From Octopus vulgaris (lineage: Eukaryota), in contig OX597822.1 of NCBI GenBank assembly GCA_951406725.2, positions 67,952,001 through 68,016,000 on the forward strand: 64,000 nucleotides of DNA. Reading direction: 5' to 3'. Below, piece by piece: positions 53,302 through 64,000 of this stretch (positions are counted from its first letter, which is position 1; each line of letters begins with the position of its first letter). Made by a program: the position numbers and the translations under genes. The notes beneath the pieces were generated by a model that did not search any database, was not told the DNA's origin, and saw only the letters and a program-made list of their open reading frames with translations.

Positions 53302-54759
53302 TATATACATAAATGTATGTGAGCGTTTGTATGTATATTTAGGTATTTTTATCTTATTTTAATTTAAAAGTAATTAGTTTGTCTCTGACTCATGCCTTGT
53401 TGCATTCAATTTATAGCTTTTTACAAAACGACGAGTCAACATCAGCGATTATGCAGCGCGTAAATTACCATAATGATTTTTATAGTCTCCAGCTGTTTTT
53501 CTTTATTTAGATATTGATTTCAAACTGACACAAGACCAGCAATTTCGAGAAAGTGTCCAAGTCAATTACATCAACCCCAGTGTTCAACTGGTATTTATTT
53601 CATAGACCCCGAAAGAATACGAGGCAAAGTCCGCCTCAGTGGAAATTGAACTCAGACCATAAAGACTGACGAAATGTCGCTAAGTATTTTTGCCCGACTT
53701 GGAAACGATCCTACCAGCTCTCCAACTTCTTTTACATATTCACCAATCAAATCCCACTGCACTTGTCACAGTTCTCTCTGATTAGTTTCGGGTGGGCATT
53801 GATCGAAAACTACAGAAATTTGATGGTGATTTTTTATCAAGAACTCCTATGACAGAAGATACCACGATGTTCAGCCTTTCAATTTTCTCCAGATTATCTA
53901 ATTAGATTATCTAATGTTATTTTTTCTTGTTTTTAAGACAAATAATTTAAATATTTCATTTTTGTATTCGGTTCGCAAGATTCTTTACCAGTGAGTGTGT
54001 TACATTATAAGGCACAAAAAGAAAACGACTCTCCCCAAACACAATTTTGAGCATTGCAATAATGTTTATGCTGTTGCGGATGTCTGCTTTCTGTGTATAG
54101 GAATCGAAACCCCTATCTCTCGATGATGAGTCCAACACCCTAACCATTAAGCTTATTGAGCAAACCACGTCTTATATAAAGAATACTTGACTGCTACATT
54201 ATTTCATCGACTCTGAAAGGATGAAAGGCAAAGCTGACCTCGTCGGAATTCGAACGCCAGAACTGTCCCTTCTTCAGCACTTATCCAACCCACCAAAATT
54301 GTCTCCGAAAACATTGCTTGTATAGCCACTGCATACTGCGGTGTTAAGTTATTGGATATACCAATTTACATATTAGACACATTCCTGGGGCCGGTATGAA
54401 AACATTAAAGATTTGTAGGCATGTGGTACTTTGGTATACAAACGCAATATACTATGAGGTACGCTAAATGCTTTTCGTAAGTCAGTACCACGAGATCTAT
54501 TGCGTCAGCAGTGCTCTTACATTATTTTGTCAAGGTTGTTTCAACAGATATTCTCTAGATCTTTTTGTCAACATCGATTTTTGCTGCAACGTTTCGTAGC
54601 AAGTTCAAATGTAAGCAGACAATGTGATCGAAGGCACAAGTGGGTAATCAGTGTTTATGCCATATTTCAGGAGCTGTTGACTTCTCTCCAACATTTATCT
54701 AATTCACCATTGTGTTCGGAGGCAATAGTAATCCTTTCTTTAATAGACACAATACCTAA

Positions 54760-56515
54760 AATGCTTGGGGTGGAATCTATTCGATTATATCGACGCCAGT
54801 ACTCAACTGGTACTTATTACCTCCGCCAAGGAAGGAAGTTACGTTTCCATCGGCGTTGGTTTGTCCGTCTGTCCGTCTGTGTGCAAAGTAACTCAAAAAG
54901 TTGTGAATGGCATTTGATGAAACATGCAGGAAAAGTTGGTAATGACACAAAGAACAAATGATGAAATTTTGGTAGTGATCCAGGAATTTTTATGGATTCT
55001 TGAAGGATTTTTCATTTGTTATATTTACTTTACATGAAGTATTACAATGTTAGTTCTTTGATTATCTCCCTTGAAAACACGTTCATCATTTCCACGTAAC
55101 CTATGGTGGCGTTGCTGTTTCCAAACTTTATTTTCGTTTCTCTATTAGTAATTTTACTCGCGTATCTATCTTAAAATGAGCTGCTTGGAGGAGGTCTGGG
55201 CTCTCCGAGTGCTTTTCTGGTTTAACCGATAGGATGAAAAACAAAGTCATCCTCTGCCGAATTTTAACTCAGAACGTAAAGGGCTGGATGAAACGCCGCT
55301 AAATATTTCGTCCGACATGCTAACGATTCTACTGGATTGCTGTCTTAAAAATAACAATAATTTCTGATTTAGGCAACTAATCAGCAATCTTGAAGGAGGG
55401 TTTCACTCGATTCCGTCGACCCCAGCACTTGACACATACTATATTTTAACGACCACAAAGGGTTGAAACGCAAAGTTTAGTAGAGGTTAGATTTGATCTC
55501 AGTATAGCAAGTGTTGGAACACACACTTCTCTAACGAAAGTGCCAATCCACCGATTAACAACAATAAATCTTTCTATTATAGGCACAAGGCCTGAAATTT
55601 TGTGGGGGAGGGATTAGTGTTTCACTGGTACTTAATTTATTGACCCCGAAAGGTTGAAAGGCAAAGTCGACCTCGGCGAAATTTGAACTCATAACGTAGC
55701 GACGGGTGAAATACCGCTAAGAATTTCGACCAGCGAGCTAACGATTCTTTTCTACTCTAGGCACAAGGCCAAAAATTTTGGGGGAGGGGGCCAGTCGATT
55801 AGATCGACCTTAGTAGGCAACTGGTACTTAATTTATCGACCCTGAAAGGGTGAAAAGTAAAGTCGACCTCGGCAGAATTTGAACTCAGAACGTAAACACA
55901 GCTGAAATACCGCTTATTTCTTTACTACTCACGTGGAGCTAAACATACAGGGGACAAACAAGGACAGAAAAAAGGGATTAGGTCGATTAAATCGACCCCA
56001 ATGCGTAACTGGTACTTAATTTATCGACCCCGAAAGGATGAAAAGCAAAGTTGACCTCGGCGGAATTTGAACTCAGAACGTAACGGCAGACGAAATACCT
56101 ATTTCTTTATTACCCACAAGGGGCTAAACATACAGGGGACAAACAAGGACAGACATAGGTATTAAGTCGATTACATCGACCCCAGTGGGTAACTGGTACT
56201 TAATTTATCGACCCTGAAAGGATGAAAGGCAAAGTCAACCTCGGCGGAATTTGAACTAAGAACGTAACGCAGACGAAATACCTATTTCTTTATTACCCAC
56301 AAGGGGCTAAACATAGAGAAGACAAACAAGGACAGACATAGGTATTAAGTCGATTACATCGACCCCAGTGCGTAACTGGTGCTTAATTTATCGACCCCGA
56401 AAGGATGAAAGGCAAAGTCGACCTCGGCGGAATTCGAACTCACAACGTAACGCAGACGAAATACCGCTAAGCAATTCGCCCGACGTGCTAACGATTCTGC
56501 CTACTCGCCGCCTGC
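54760..56515 (-). mobile_element. Large SINE A cluster including a 183-bp tandem array at 55915-56515
   Basis: Repeated cores; identical junctions at 56092 and 56275. Confidence 0.88.
54814..55223 (+). mobile_element. Helentron-associated non-autonomous element (HINE, DINE-1-like architecture) inserted in SINE A
   Basis: subTIRs ACCTCCGCCAAG (54819-54830) and CTTGGAGGAGGT (55184-55195), GTCT/GTCC microsatellite, 3' hairpin GCTCTCCGAGTGC, T-rich ends. Confidence 0.8.
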
Positions 56516-56749
56516 TCAACAACAGCAAAAATAAAAGTAAAAATAATAACCACAATTATAAAATACTACAGCAGTATATCAAACTTAACAATATGTCAGA
56601 ATATATTAGAAACTCGAAGTAAGAAATATTAAAAGAAGCTGACATTGTAAATTACTTACATTTATACTAGAAAGACACACCCTTCTAGAGTGAAAAGTAA
56701 ATGAAGAATTAATGAAAAAGAACATTAATGCAGAGTAGAAGAAAATAGC

Positions 56750-57130
56750 AAGATGTTGAAACATGAACAGCAAATCGTCGTAAACAGACTGTAACAGATA
56801 CTATTTGTAAGTAACACAATTATTCTCGCAGACAATATATATTAGTTAGGAAAATAATCTATGAACATACAAAAACGAAAACGTCTTATGATGGAACGTC
56901 AACATAGAAGCAAAGATTGAACGGAAAAGAATAGCCTCTTTGGTATTTGTGAAATCAAGATACAAGATAAAGGTAAGAAAATAAGATCAGATATTGAGAA
57001 AAGCAAACAAGAAAACGAAAAAAAAAAAAAAGACGATGTAACACTAAGTGAAATTCCGCAAACGTTTGAGAAGTTGAAAGAAGAAATCTTAGAGCCCCCA
57101 AGACAGAACATCAGAAGATTTCAAAAATGC
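56750..57130 (+). mobile_element. Probable R4/Dong LINE N-terminal fragment
   Basis: W.R.IEAKIERKR...EIPQTFEKLKEEIL...NIRRF resembles the pre-RT region of R4-clade ORFs; highly decayed. Confidence 0.45.
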
Positions 57131-58284
57131 TACTTTTTTTTTTTAATGCTAGACACTGAATTCACTCATAACCTACAAATAGTTGTCTGATGTGAAACAA
57201 AAGCAAAATCTTGAAGAACATAAGCACAGTTTCGGATGTGTGGTTAAGAACCTCGCTTTGCAACCATATGGTTTCGGGTTCAGTTCTGCTGCGAGGTATC
57301 TTAGACAAGTATTTTTTTTACTCTAACTCCAAGCTGACCAATGTCTCGTGAGAGCATTTGGCAGACGGATACTGTATAGAAAATATATGAAAAATGTATG
57401 TATGTCATTGTTCAATTTTATTTCAAGATTTGTGGTCAATAGAGAAAAGCTCGGTTCCTAACCTAGATTCAAGGCTCCTTCATTAGAATTTCAACATCAC
57501 CAACAGAGTATTTTTGTTTGTATGTATGTATGTATGTATGTATGTATGTATGAATGTATGTATGTATGTATGTATGTATGTATGCATGTATGAGCATATT
57601 TGTATGTTTTGCTTTATGTCTGTATCCTAACGCGAATAATTGCATATCCAGACAGGCTCTAATATATGTAAATGATAAACTTCTAGAAAGTTTTACAGAA
57701 TTTTACAGTTCCAGTGATGGATTGGATCAGTAGTCTTTGAATTAGCTTTCTCCTTTCTGGTTTTGAAAAGCCTAATTTCTCAAGAAAGAGAGAGAAAAAA
57801 ATAAGAGAGAGGAAAAATACGGAGAGATGAAAGAGAGAGCGAGAGAGAGATAGGCGTCCAATACGTGAGGTAAGGGGAACGTAATAATTTTAGCAGAGGG
57901 GTGATGTTCTGATAGTGAGGTTAAAGAGAGGCAGAGAAGGGAGAGAGAGTCAGAGAGAAAGAGAGAGAGAGGCAAGAGAGAAAGAGGAGAGACAAGATGG
58001 AGAGAGACGGGAGATGATGATGGTAGTGGTGGCGGTGGTGGTGGTGGTGGTGGTTCTTGGTGGTGGTGGTAATTGGATAGTGAAAAGTGTATTTTCTTTT
58101 AATTGAACTAAGTTTTTCATATCACTTATCACTTAACACATACGCATAAGTGCAATTGCGTGAAATATTAACGCTTATTTACGTGGCAGATATATGCAAT
58201 TTAACTAATCATATGGACGGAAAATTTTTGGTTTTGTTTATGAGGAAAATGGAGAAATAAGAGTGAATATTTATTTTACGAGAG

Positions 58285-58520
58285 CTGTCTATTAAGTCTA
58301 TAAAATTGTGCATAAAGTATATAAAGTGTTTATATGAAGTGCATTAAGTAATCATCGTATTCCAATCTCTTTCACTTTTCAACGAGTAGTAGATGAGCGA
58401 CTATTTTTCCATACAGGCACAACACAGGCTACGATTTTCGGTTTTTTTTTTGATAAAATTTTCAGAAATGGCTCAATGGGTTTACCATTAATTCCGTTAA
58501 ATATTCACGGGTCCTGCAAG
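58285..58520 (+). mobile_element. 3' part of the Helitron family seen at 29691-30706
   Basis: Colinear sequence; terminal CCGTTAAATATTCACGGGTCCTGCAAG. Confidence 0.65.
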
Positions 58521-58548
58521 ATATTATTATTATTATTATTATTATTAA

Positions 58549-58730
58549 GGCTCTGAGATGGCAGAATCGTCAGAAGGCTAGGCAAGATGCTTAGCGGCAT
58601 CTCGTCCGTCTTTACGTTCTGAGTTCAAATTCCGCCGAAGTCGATAAATTAAGTACCAGTTGAGTACTGGGGTCGATGTAATCGACTATCCTCCTCCCCC
58701 AAATTTCAGGCCCTGAGCCTAGTGGAAAGG

Positions 58731-58735
<5 letters not shown>
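58549..58735 (+). mobile_element. SINE A (A2 tail) within (TTA)n
   Basis: Family match; (ATT)n on both sides. Confidence 0.8.
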
Positions 58736-58807
<72 letters not shown>

Positions 58808-58814
58808 TTTATTT

Positions 58815-59535
58815 TTAAACTCCATGTTTGTTACAGTCACTTGCCGAGGCACACCCAGCGTCCTGGGCGAGTGAAGGATAAGAGATGTTAGAGTATGACT
58901 GAAAGCTTGCGGAGGGGTAGTGGCAGGGGCAGTAGCGAAATAACTTCATGTAATACAACACAGATATTTAAATTGATAGGGTTTTTCTAAGGATGTGTTG
59001 GATTTCTCAGAGACATGGTTCTCCTGGGATCTTATCTAGATGTTTTTGACATCCCTTTCTTACCATACGCAGGGCACCCACAATAACAGGAACAGTTCTC
59101 GCTTTAAGACGCCACATCTTTTGTATTTCAATTTCCGGGTCCTTCTGTTTACTTAATTTGTCAAATTCCTTTACAGATAAATTTTTACCAGTGGGAACAC
59201 CTACATCTATTAGTCTACAAGTATTTTCTTCTCAATCTTCAATGACTATGTCTGGTCTATTAGCCTGGATCGTTCTGTCAGTGTTGACTGGAAAATCCCA
59301 GAGATTAGTGACATTTTTTACCTTCAACGACTGGCTCAGGATGATGTTCATGCCAGTAAGCAGGTGTATTGATTTTGTAGTGTTTACATATTTTCCAATG
59401 TAAATACTGTCCTACACAATCGTGGCGATATTTGTGTTCGTTTGGTGTCAGCATAGGACATCCCGAGACAAGATGGTCTACTGTTTCGTTGAATGTATCG
59501 CATAATCTGCAATTAGGGTCAGAGGCCTTGTTCCT
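58815..59535 (-). mobile_element. R4/Dong LINE 3' end (CCHC knuckle + restriction-like endonuclease + 3' UTR)
   Basis: CRLCDTFNETVDHLVSGCP..RHDCVGQYLHWKIC..NRPDIVI..LIDVGVP..VPVIVGAL. Confidence 0.9.
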
Positions 59536-59989
59536 AGAGTAGAAATAATTATTATATCTGATATAGCCTGTTGCTGGAGGTGTCCTTTATGTACATTTTA
59601 TGTACCAACCCTTCACATCTCGTGATATGAAGAGGGTATGTTCTTTTCAAGTTTCGAGAACTTTACAGAGACTCTTTACACTGCCAAGTAATGCTGTTTT
59701 CTGGATACGCTCTATTTTCATTTTTATTCCTATGTTTTCTGACCAATTTTTAATTTCTTAACTCACTAACCCTCGGACACCAACTATTATTTGCACAATA
59801 TACACTTTTTTCATTGACCACCATTTTTGATTTCTCTCCTCAGAGCTTCATACTGCATAAGTTTTTCTCTTGCTTTTTCGATGATTCTGCTGTCCCTAGA
59901 ACAAGTGATGTCTATGATCAGGAATGATTTTCTTTTCTTGTCTACACCTACAATATTGGGTTTCCAAAGTTCGATTCTATGATCACATT

Positions 59990-61156
59990 TATTATTAGTG
60001 TTGGTTAATATGTTTTGCTAAAAATTGCTGTTTCGTTTCAGATGTCATCAGAAAAAGGTAATTAAAATTCATTAAAATGACAGATCGATCGGTCTTTCAA
60101 AGAGGTCAAATTGTTTGTACTCGTATGGCAGGCGCTAGCGTAACGAAAACAGCCGAAATGTTTGGTATATCAAGAAGTACTGTCTCGAAAGTAATGACAT
60201 CTTTTGAGAAAGAAGGAAAAATCTCCTCGCCGAAACAAAACTCCGGAAGAAAACCAAAACTTTCAGATAGGGAGCGTCGGATTCTTACACGAATTGTTAG
60301 AAAGGATCACAAAAGTACAGCTCCCAAATTACTGCACAGCTTAATGACCATCTCGAGAACTCAGTTTCCATACCAGGAGCTGCACAAAGCCGGATTTCAT
60401 GGGAGAGCTGCAATCAGAAAACCACTACTTTCAAAAGCAAACGTAGCAAAGCGTTTAGAGTGGAATAAAAACCTACAGAATTGGTCCCTAGAGCAGTGGA
60501 AGAATGTTATTTTCTCGGAAGAGTCATCCTTTACCTTATTTCCGACCACTGGCCGAGTATGCGTGTGGAGACAGCCAAAAGAAGCATTTGACCCAGACTG
60601 CTTTCTTCCAACTGTTAATCATCGAGAAATATATGTGATGATTTGTGATGGTGGTGGGGGGGGGCTATATCTTGGAAATCTGCAGGCCCAATGTTTTCCT
60701 TTCATGGCAGACTTAATAGTCAAGACTATTTAAGCATTTTATTTGATCAAATTCCTCCTATGGTTGCAGAACTGTTTACGGAGGGAAACGCAATCTTTCA
60801 AGCTGATAATGCATCAATTTACACAGCTAAAGAATGGAAACAAGGAACATTCTAGTGAAGGTGAACGTCTTATCTGGCCACCACAGTCCCCAGATCTCAA
60901 TATTATTGAACATTTATGGTGCATTTTTTAGAAAAACAAGTAAGGAGTCGATATCCTCCATCATCATCACTACAAGAACTGGAGACTGTTTTAGCTGAAG
61001 AATGGACAAAAATTCCTTTGGAAACAATTCAAACTTTGTACGAGCCCATACCTCGTAGAATTCAAGCTGTAATTACTGCCAAAGGCGGTCATACCCCATA
61101 TTAAAATTAGTTTGTTTGAAATTTTCAGGTGTTTCCATTATTTTGTCCAACCCCTG
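59990..61156 (+). mobile_element. Tc1-family DNA transposon, left TIR missing
   Basis: Right TIR GTGTTTCCATTATTTTGTCCAACCCCTG followed by TA at 61157-61158. Confidence 0.9.
60077..61104 (+). pseudogene. Tc1 transposase pseudogene (multiple frameshifts)
   Basis: HTH region, GRKPKL, VIFSEESSF, FQADNA, WPPQSPDLNIIEHLW, AVITAKGGHTPY. Confidence 0.93.
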
Positions 61157-61312
61157 TACCTGCCTTCTTTATTTGTGCAAGTAATACTTCATTTTCATCC
61201 TTTATATACCAAATAATATTGTTTTCCTCTGTCTACTATAATCATCACAACTTATCAACAGCGCTCTTATTTCTTCCTCGAAAAGCACAACCTGTCGGTA
61301 TCACATTTCAAG

Positions 61313-61641
61313 GCGGCGAGCTGGCAGAACCGTTAGCACGTCAGACGAAATGCTTAGCGGTATTTCGCCTGCCATTACGTTCTGAGTTCAAATTCCGCCG
61401 AGGTCGACTAGGCGGCGAGCTGGCAGAACCGTTAGCACGTCAGACGAAATGCTTAGTGGTATTTCGCCTGCCATTACGTTCTGAGTTCAAATTCCGCCGA
61501 GGTCGACTTTGCCTTTTATCCTTTCGGGGTCGATAAATTAAGTACCAGTTACGCACTGGGGTCAATGTAATCGACTTAATACCTATGTCTGTCCTTGTTT
61601 GTCCCCTCTGTGTTTAGCCCCTTGTGGGTAATAAAGAAATA
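61313..61641 (+). mobile_element. SINE A with duplicated 99-bp head
   Basis: 16-bp TSD GGTATCACATTTCAAG at 61297-61312 and 61642-61657. Confidence 0.92.
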
Positions 61642-62441
61642 GGTATCACATTTCAAGTGTCACGCACCATTTATTGACTGTATTTTTTTCTCTTATCCAA
61701 AGTTTTCTGTTCCTCTGGTCTCGTATCACTGCTGCTCAATTTCTCAAGAGAACAATTGCCCATGAATTTACTTATTACTTGGAACATATTTTTCCCATTC
61801 AGTTCAGACTTCAAAATCAATCTCAGTCTTCTGCAATACTCGTAAGATAACCTCTCCTTCATTTGCCTTCCCACAACTTCCACCATTTTTATTACGCTCA
61901 GATATCTGATTCATTCCCTGTCTCTTCTCTTCATTACCTCTCCCAAGGGCTACTTCACAACGTCCACTTGCTGGATTTTACCTCTCTTTACAATCAATAC
62001 TCCACAACTTTTAGCCCAAATTCCATTCTTATATCCGCGCTAAAGCAATGTTCTGTCTACATCAGTGAATTCAGCTACGTTTCATCTTTTCCATACAGTT
62101 TCAGGTCGCCGATAAAAAGAAAATGATTGATCTTAACTTTTCTTTTCTTGAACTCATACCCAGCTTTCGTGTTTCCCAATATCAAAACCAGCGGTATCAC
62201 ACACACACACACACATTACAAAACGCAACGATGACAAGTTATCTCCTTGGAAGATTTCACGTTTGACATTTTCAAAGTCCTAAGCTTTGCCTCTCCGATA
62301 TCAGTTCAGCAGTTCATCCATTCATATTTCTGGTCAATAAGTCCACCATTTTTGTGTGTAATTCCAAATATCTTCAAGCAATCCATAATCCACGAATGAG
62401 GAACCATTTAGTATGCGTTCCAGTAATCTATTCATCATGAC

Positions 62442-62492
<51 letters not shown>

Positions 62493-62501
62493 CATCATCA
62501 C

Positions 62502-62540
<39 letters not shown>

Positions 62541-62545
62541 TATTA

Positions 62546-63760
62546 TTCAGTAGTCGTATTTTTATCACGTGCTTTCACTGCACTACCGAGCGCGGTTCTA
62601 TGTAACTTGGATATGTGTAGTGATTCGTTGTTATGGTCTTATTTTCCCTGCATTGAAATTGTTTTACGTAGGATGTGTGCGGTGCCTAATAGTGCATATT
62701 TTCTGTATGTTTTATATACTTGTTGGTCATGGTGTTTTTGTTATGTATTCGTCTGAATGTTTTTTTATCATACCTAACACACCTACTATGATAGAAATTG
62801 TTTCTGTTTTTAAGCTCGACATTGGATTTATCTCTATTTTGAGACCTTTGTATTTTGAAAGTTTCTCTGTTTCTTTTAAAGAAACATTGTCATCTGTTGG
62901 TATTGATACATCGATCAGAAAGCATTATTTTTCTTGGTGATCTCTGACAACTATGTCCGGTTTAATTTCTCTATCTGTGTGTATTGCCATATGCCAGAGT
63001 ATTGTTGCTTTTTCACTCTCTGTGAACTTTTCTAGCATGTGCTTATACCATCTTTTTTCCGTTGCTATTCCATAGTGTTGGCATAGTTTCCAGTGTATAT
63101 AGGTCCCAACTCTGTTGTGTCTCTGAATATATTCCTTCTTAGCCAGGACTGGACAGCCAGAGACAATGTGATTTATTGTTTCTTCTCCATCGCCACATAT
63201 TTTGCAGTTACTTGCATTTCTTTTCATTATATGTCTTTGGTGATTTCTGATGGGAAGGCTTCGATCTTGAGTTGCAATTAAAAATCCTTCAGTCTCTGCT
63301 TTAAGTCCTGAGCTACTCAGCATTTGTTGGGCTTTTGCTTTGTCTATTTCTTTTCTGTTTTGTTGCTATCGTTTTATCATCATCCGTTGCAGTTCCAGTT
63401 TTAGTTTGGATTTCAGTTGTTTCACAGCTTTTGTTGTTTTTCTTTTATCATCATAATTGTTAGGTACGATGACTTCTTTTTTGTGTTTGTTAGCTTCCTT
63501 AAAGACTGGAAACAGTTTTTTGTTTTGTTCGTGTTTTATGATTATTAGTTTTCCTTGCTTCTGAAGTAGGCATTTATGTAGTCCTATGGTAGTTACTATG
63601 TAATAGTTTTCTAGCTGTATAAGGCCTCTACCACCTTCGATACGTTGTATATATCGCCGTTCTATGTCAGATTTTGGGTGGTGCGTCCTAAGTCCTAAAT
63701 CCTATTATTCTTGTTTTCCAGTCTATTTTGATTAGTTCATTTAGAGTCCAGTTATTAATA
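62546..63760 (-). mobile_element. 5'-truncated R4/Dong LINE embedded in (TAA/TGA)n
   Basis: HHPKSDIERRYI..GGRGL, LKAETEGFLIATQD, CKICGDGEETINHIVSGCP, RHNRVG, KPDIVV, LIDVSIP; both flanks are (TAA)n/(TGA)n on the element strand. Confidence 0.92.
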
Positions 63761-63773
63761 TTATCATCATCAC

Positions 63774-63833
<60 letters not shown>

Positions 63834-63844
63834 CATCATCATCA

Positions 63845-63890
<46 letters not shown>

Positions 63891-64000
63891 GGCGGCAAGC
63901 TGGCAGAATCGTTACACGCTGGGCGAAATACTTAGCAGTATTTCGCTCATCGGTACGTTCTGTGTTCAAATTCCGCCGAGGTCGACTTTGCCTTTCATTC
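63891..64000 (+). mobile_element. SINE A, runs off the window end
   Basis: Family head and core after (TTA)n. Confidence 0.85.

Larger units (their letters stand above)
59600..62345 (-). mobile_element. Decayed R4/Dong LINE split by Tc1 and SINE A insertions
   Basis: RT motif INHFLFIGDLKLYGKD near 62100; YCRRLRLILKSELNGKN near 61800; HLKCDTDRL near 61300; RLE region KPNIV..IIDITCS at 59900-59985. Confidence 0.75.

Noticed and set aside
55915-56515. Regularly repeated units resembling a CRISPR array
   Set aside because: Units are entire SINE bodies with no unique spacers, there are no cas genes, and the context is eukaryotic

Overview
Eukaryotic, AT-rich (roughly one third GC by eye), repeat-saturated intronic or intergenic DNA. 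The SINE repertoire and extreme microsatellite load resemble an octopus (coleoid cephalopod) genome; this is an inference and no search was run. No intact host protein-coding gene is recognisable, and nearly all listed ORFs are microsatellite or SINE translations. The window holds dozens of tRNA-derived SINEs from at least five modular families, two decayed CR1-type LINEs, several decayed R4/Dong LINEs, a frameshifted Tc1 transposase, a mariner fragment, Tigger-like MITEs, non-autonomous Helitrons, a Helentron-type HINE, a Penelope-like remnant and many local duplications and palindromes. The most notable observations are: (1) a Penelope-like element whose terminal repeat carries both a Pol III tRNA-like head and a minimal hammerhead ribozyme; (2) a SINE that repeatedly joins its own copies at one nucleotide, building ~183-bp tandem arrays; (3) a SINE and CR1 LINE sharing a 3' tail with a covarying hairpin; (4) a ~700-bp palindrome hidden by a SINE insertion. 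Most coordinates are read by eye and element ends are approximate unless a TSD or TIR is quoted.
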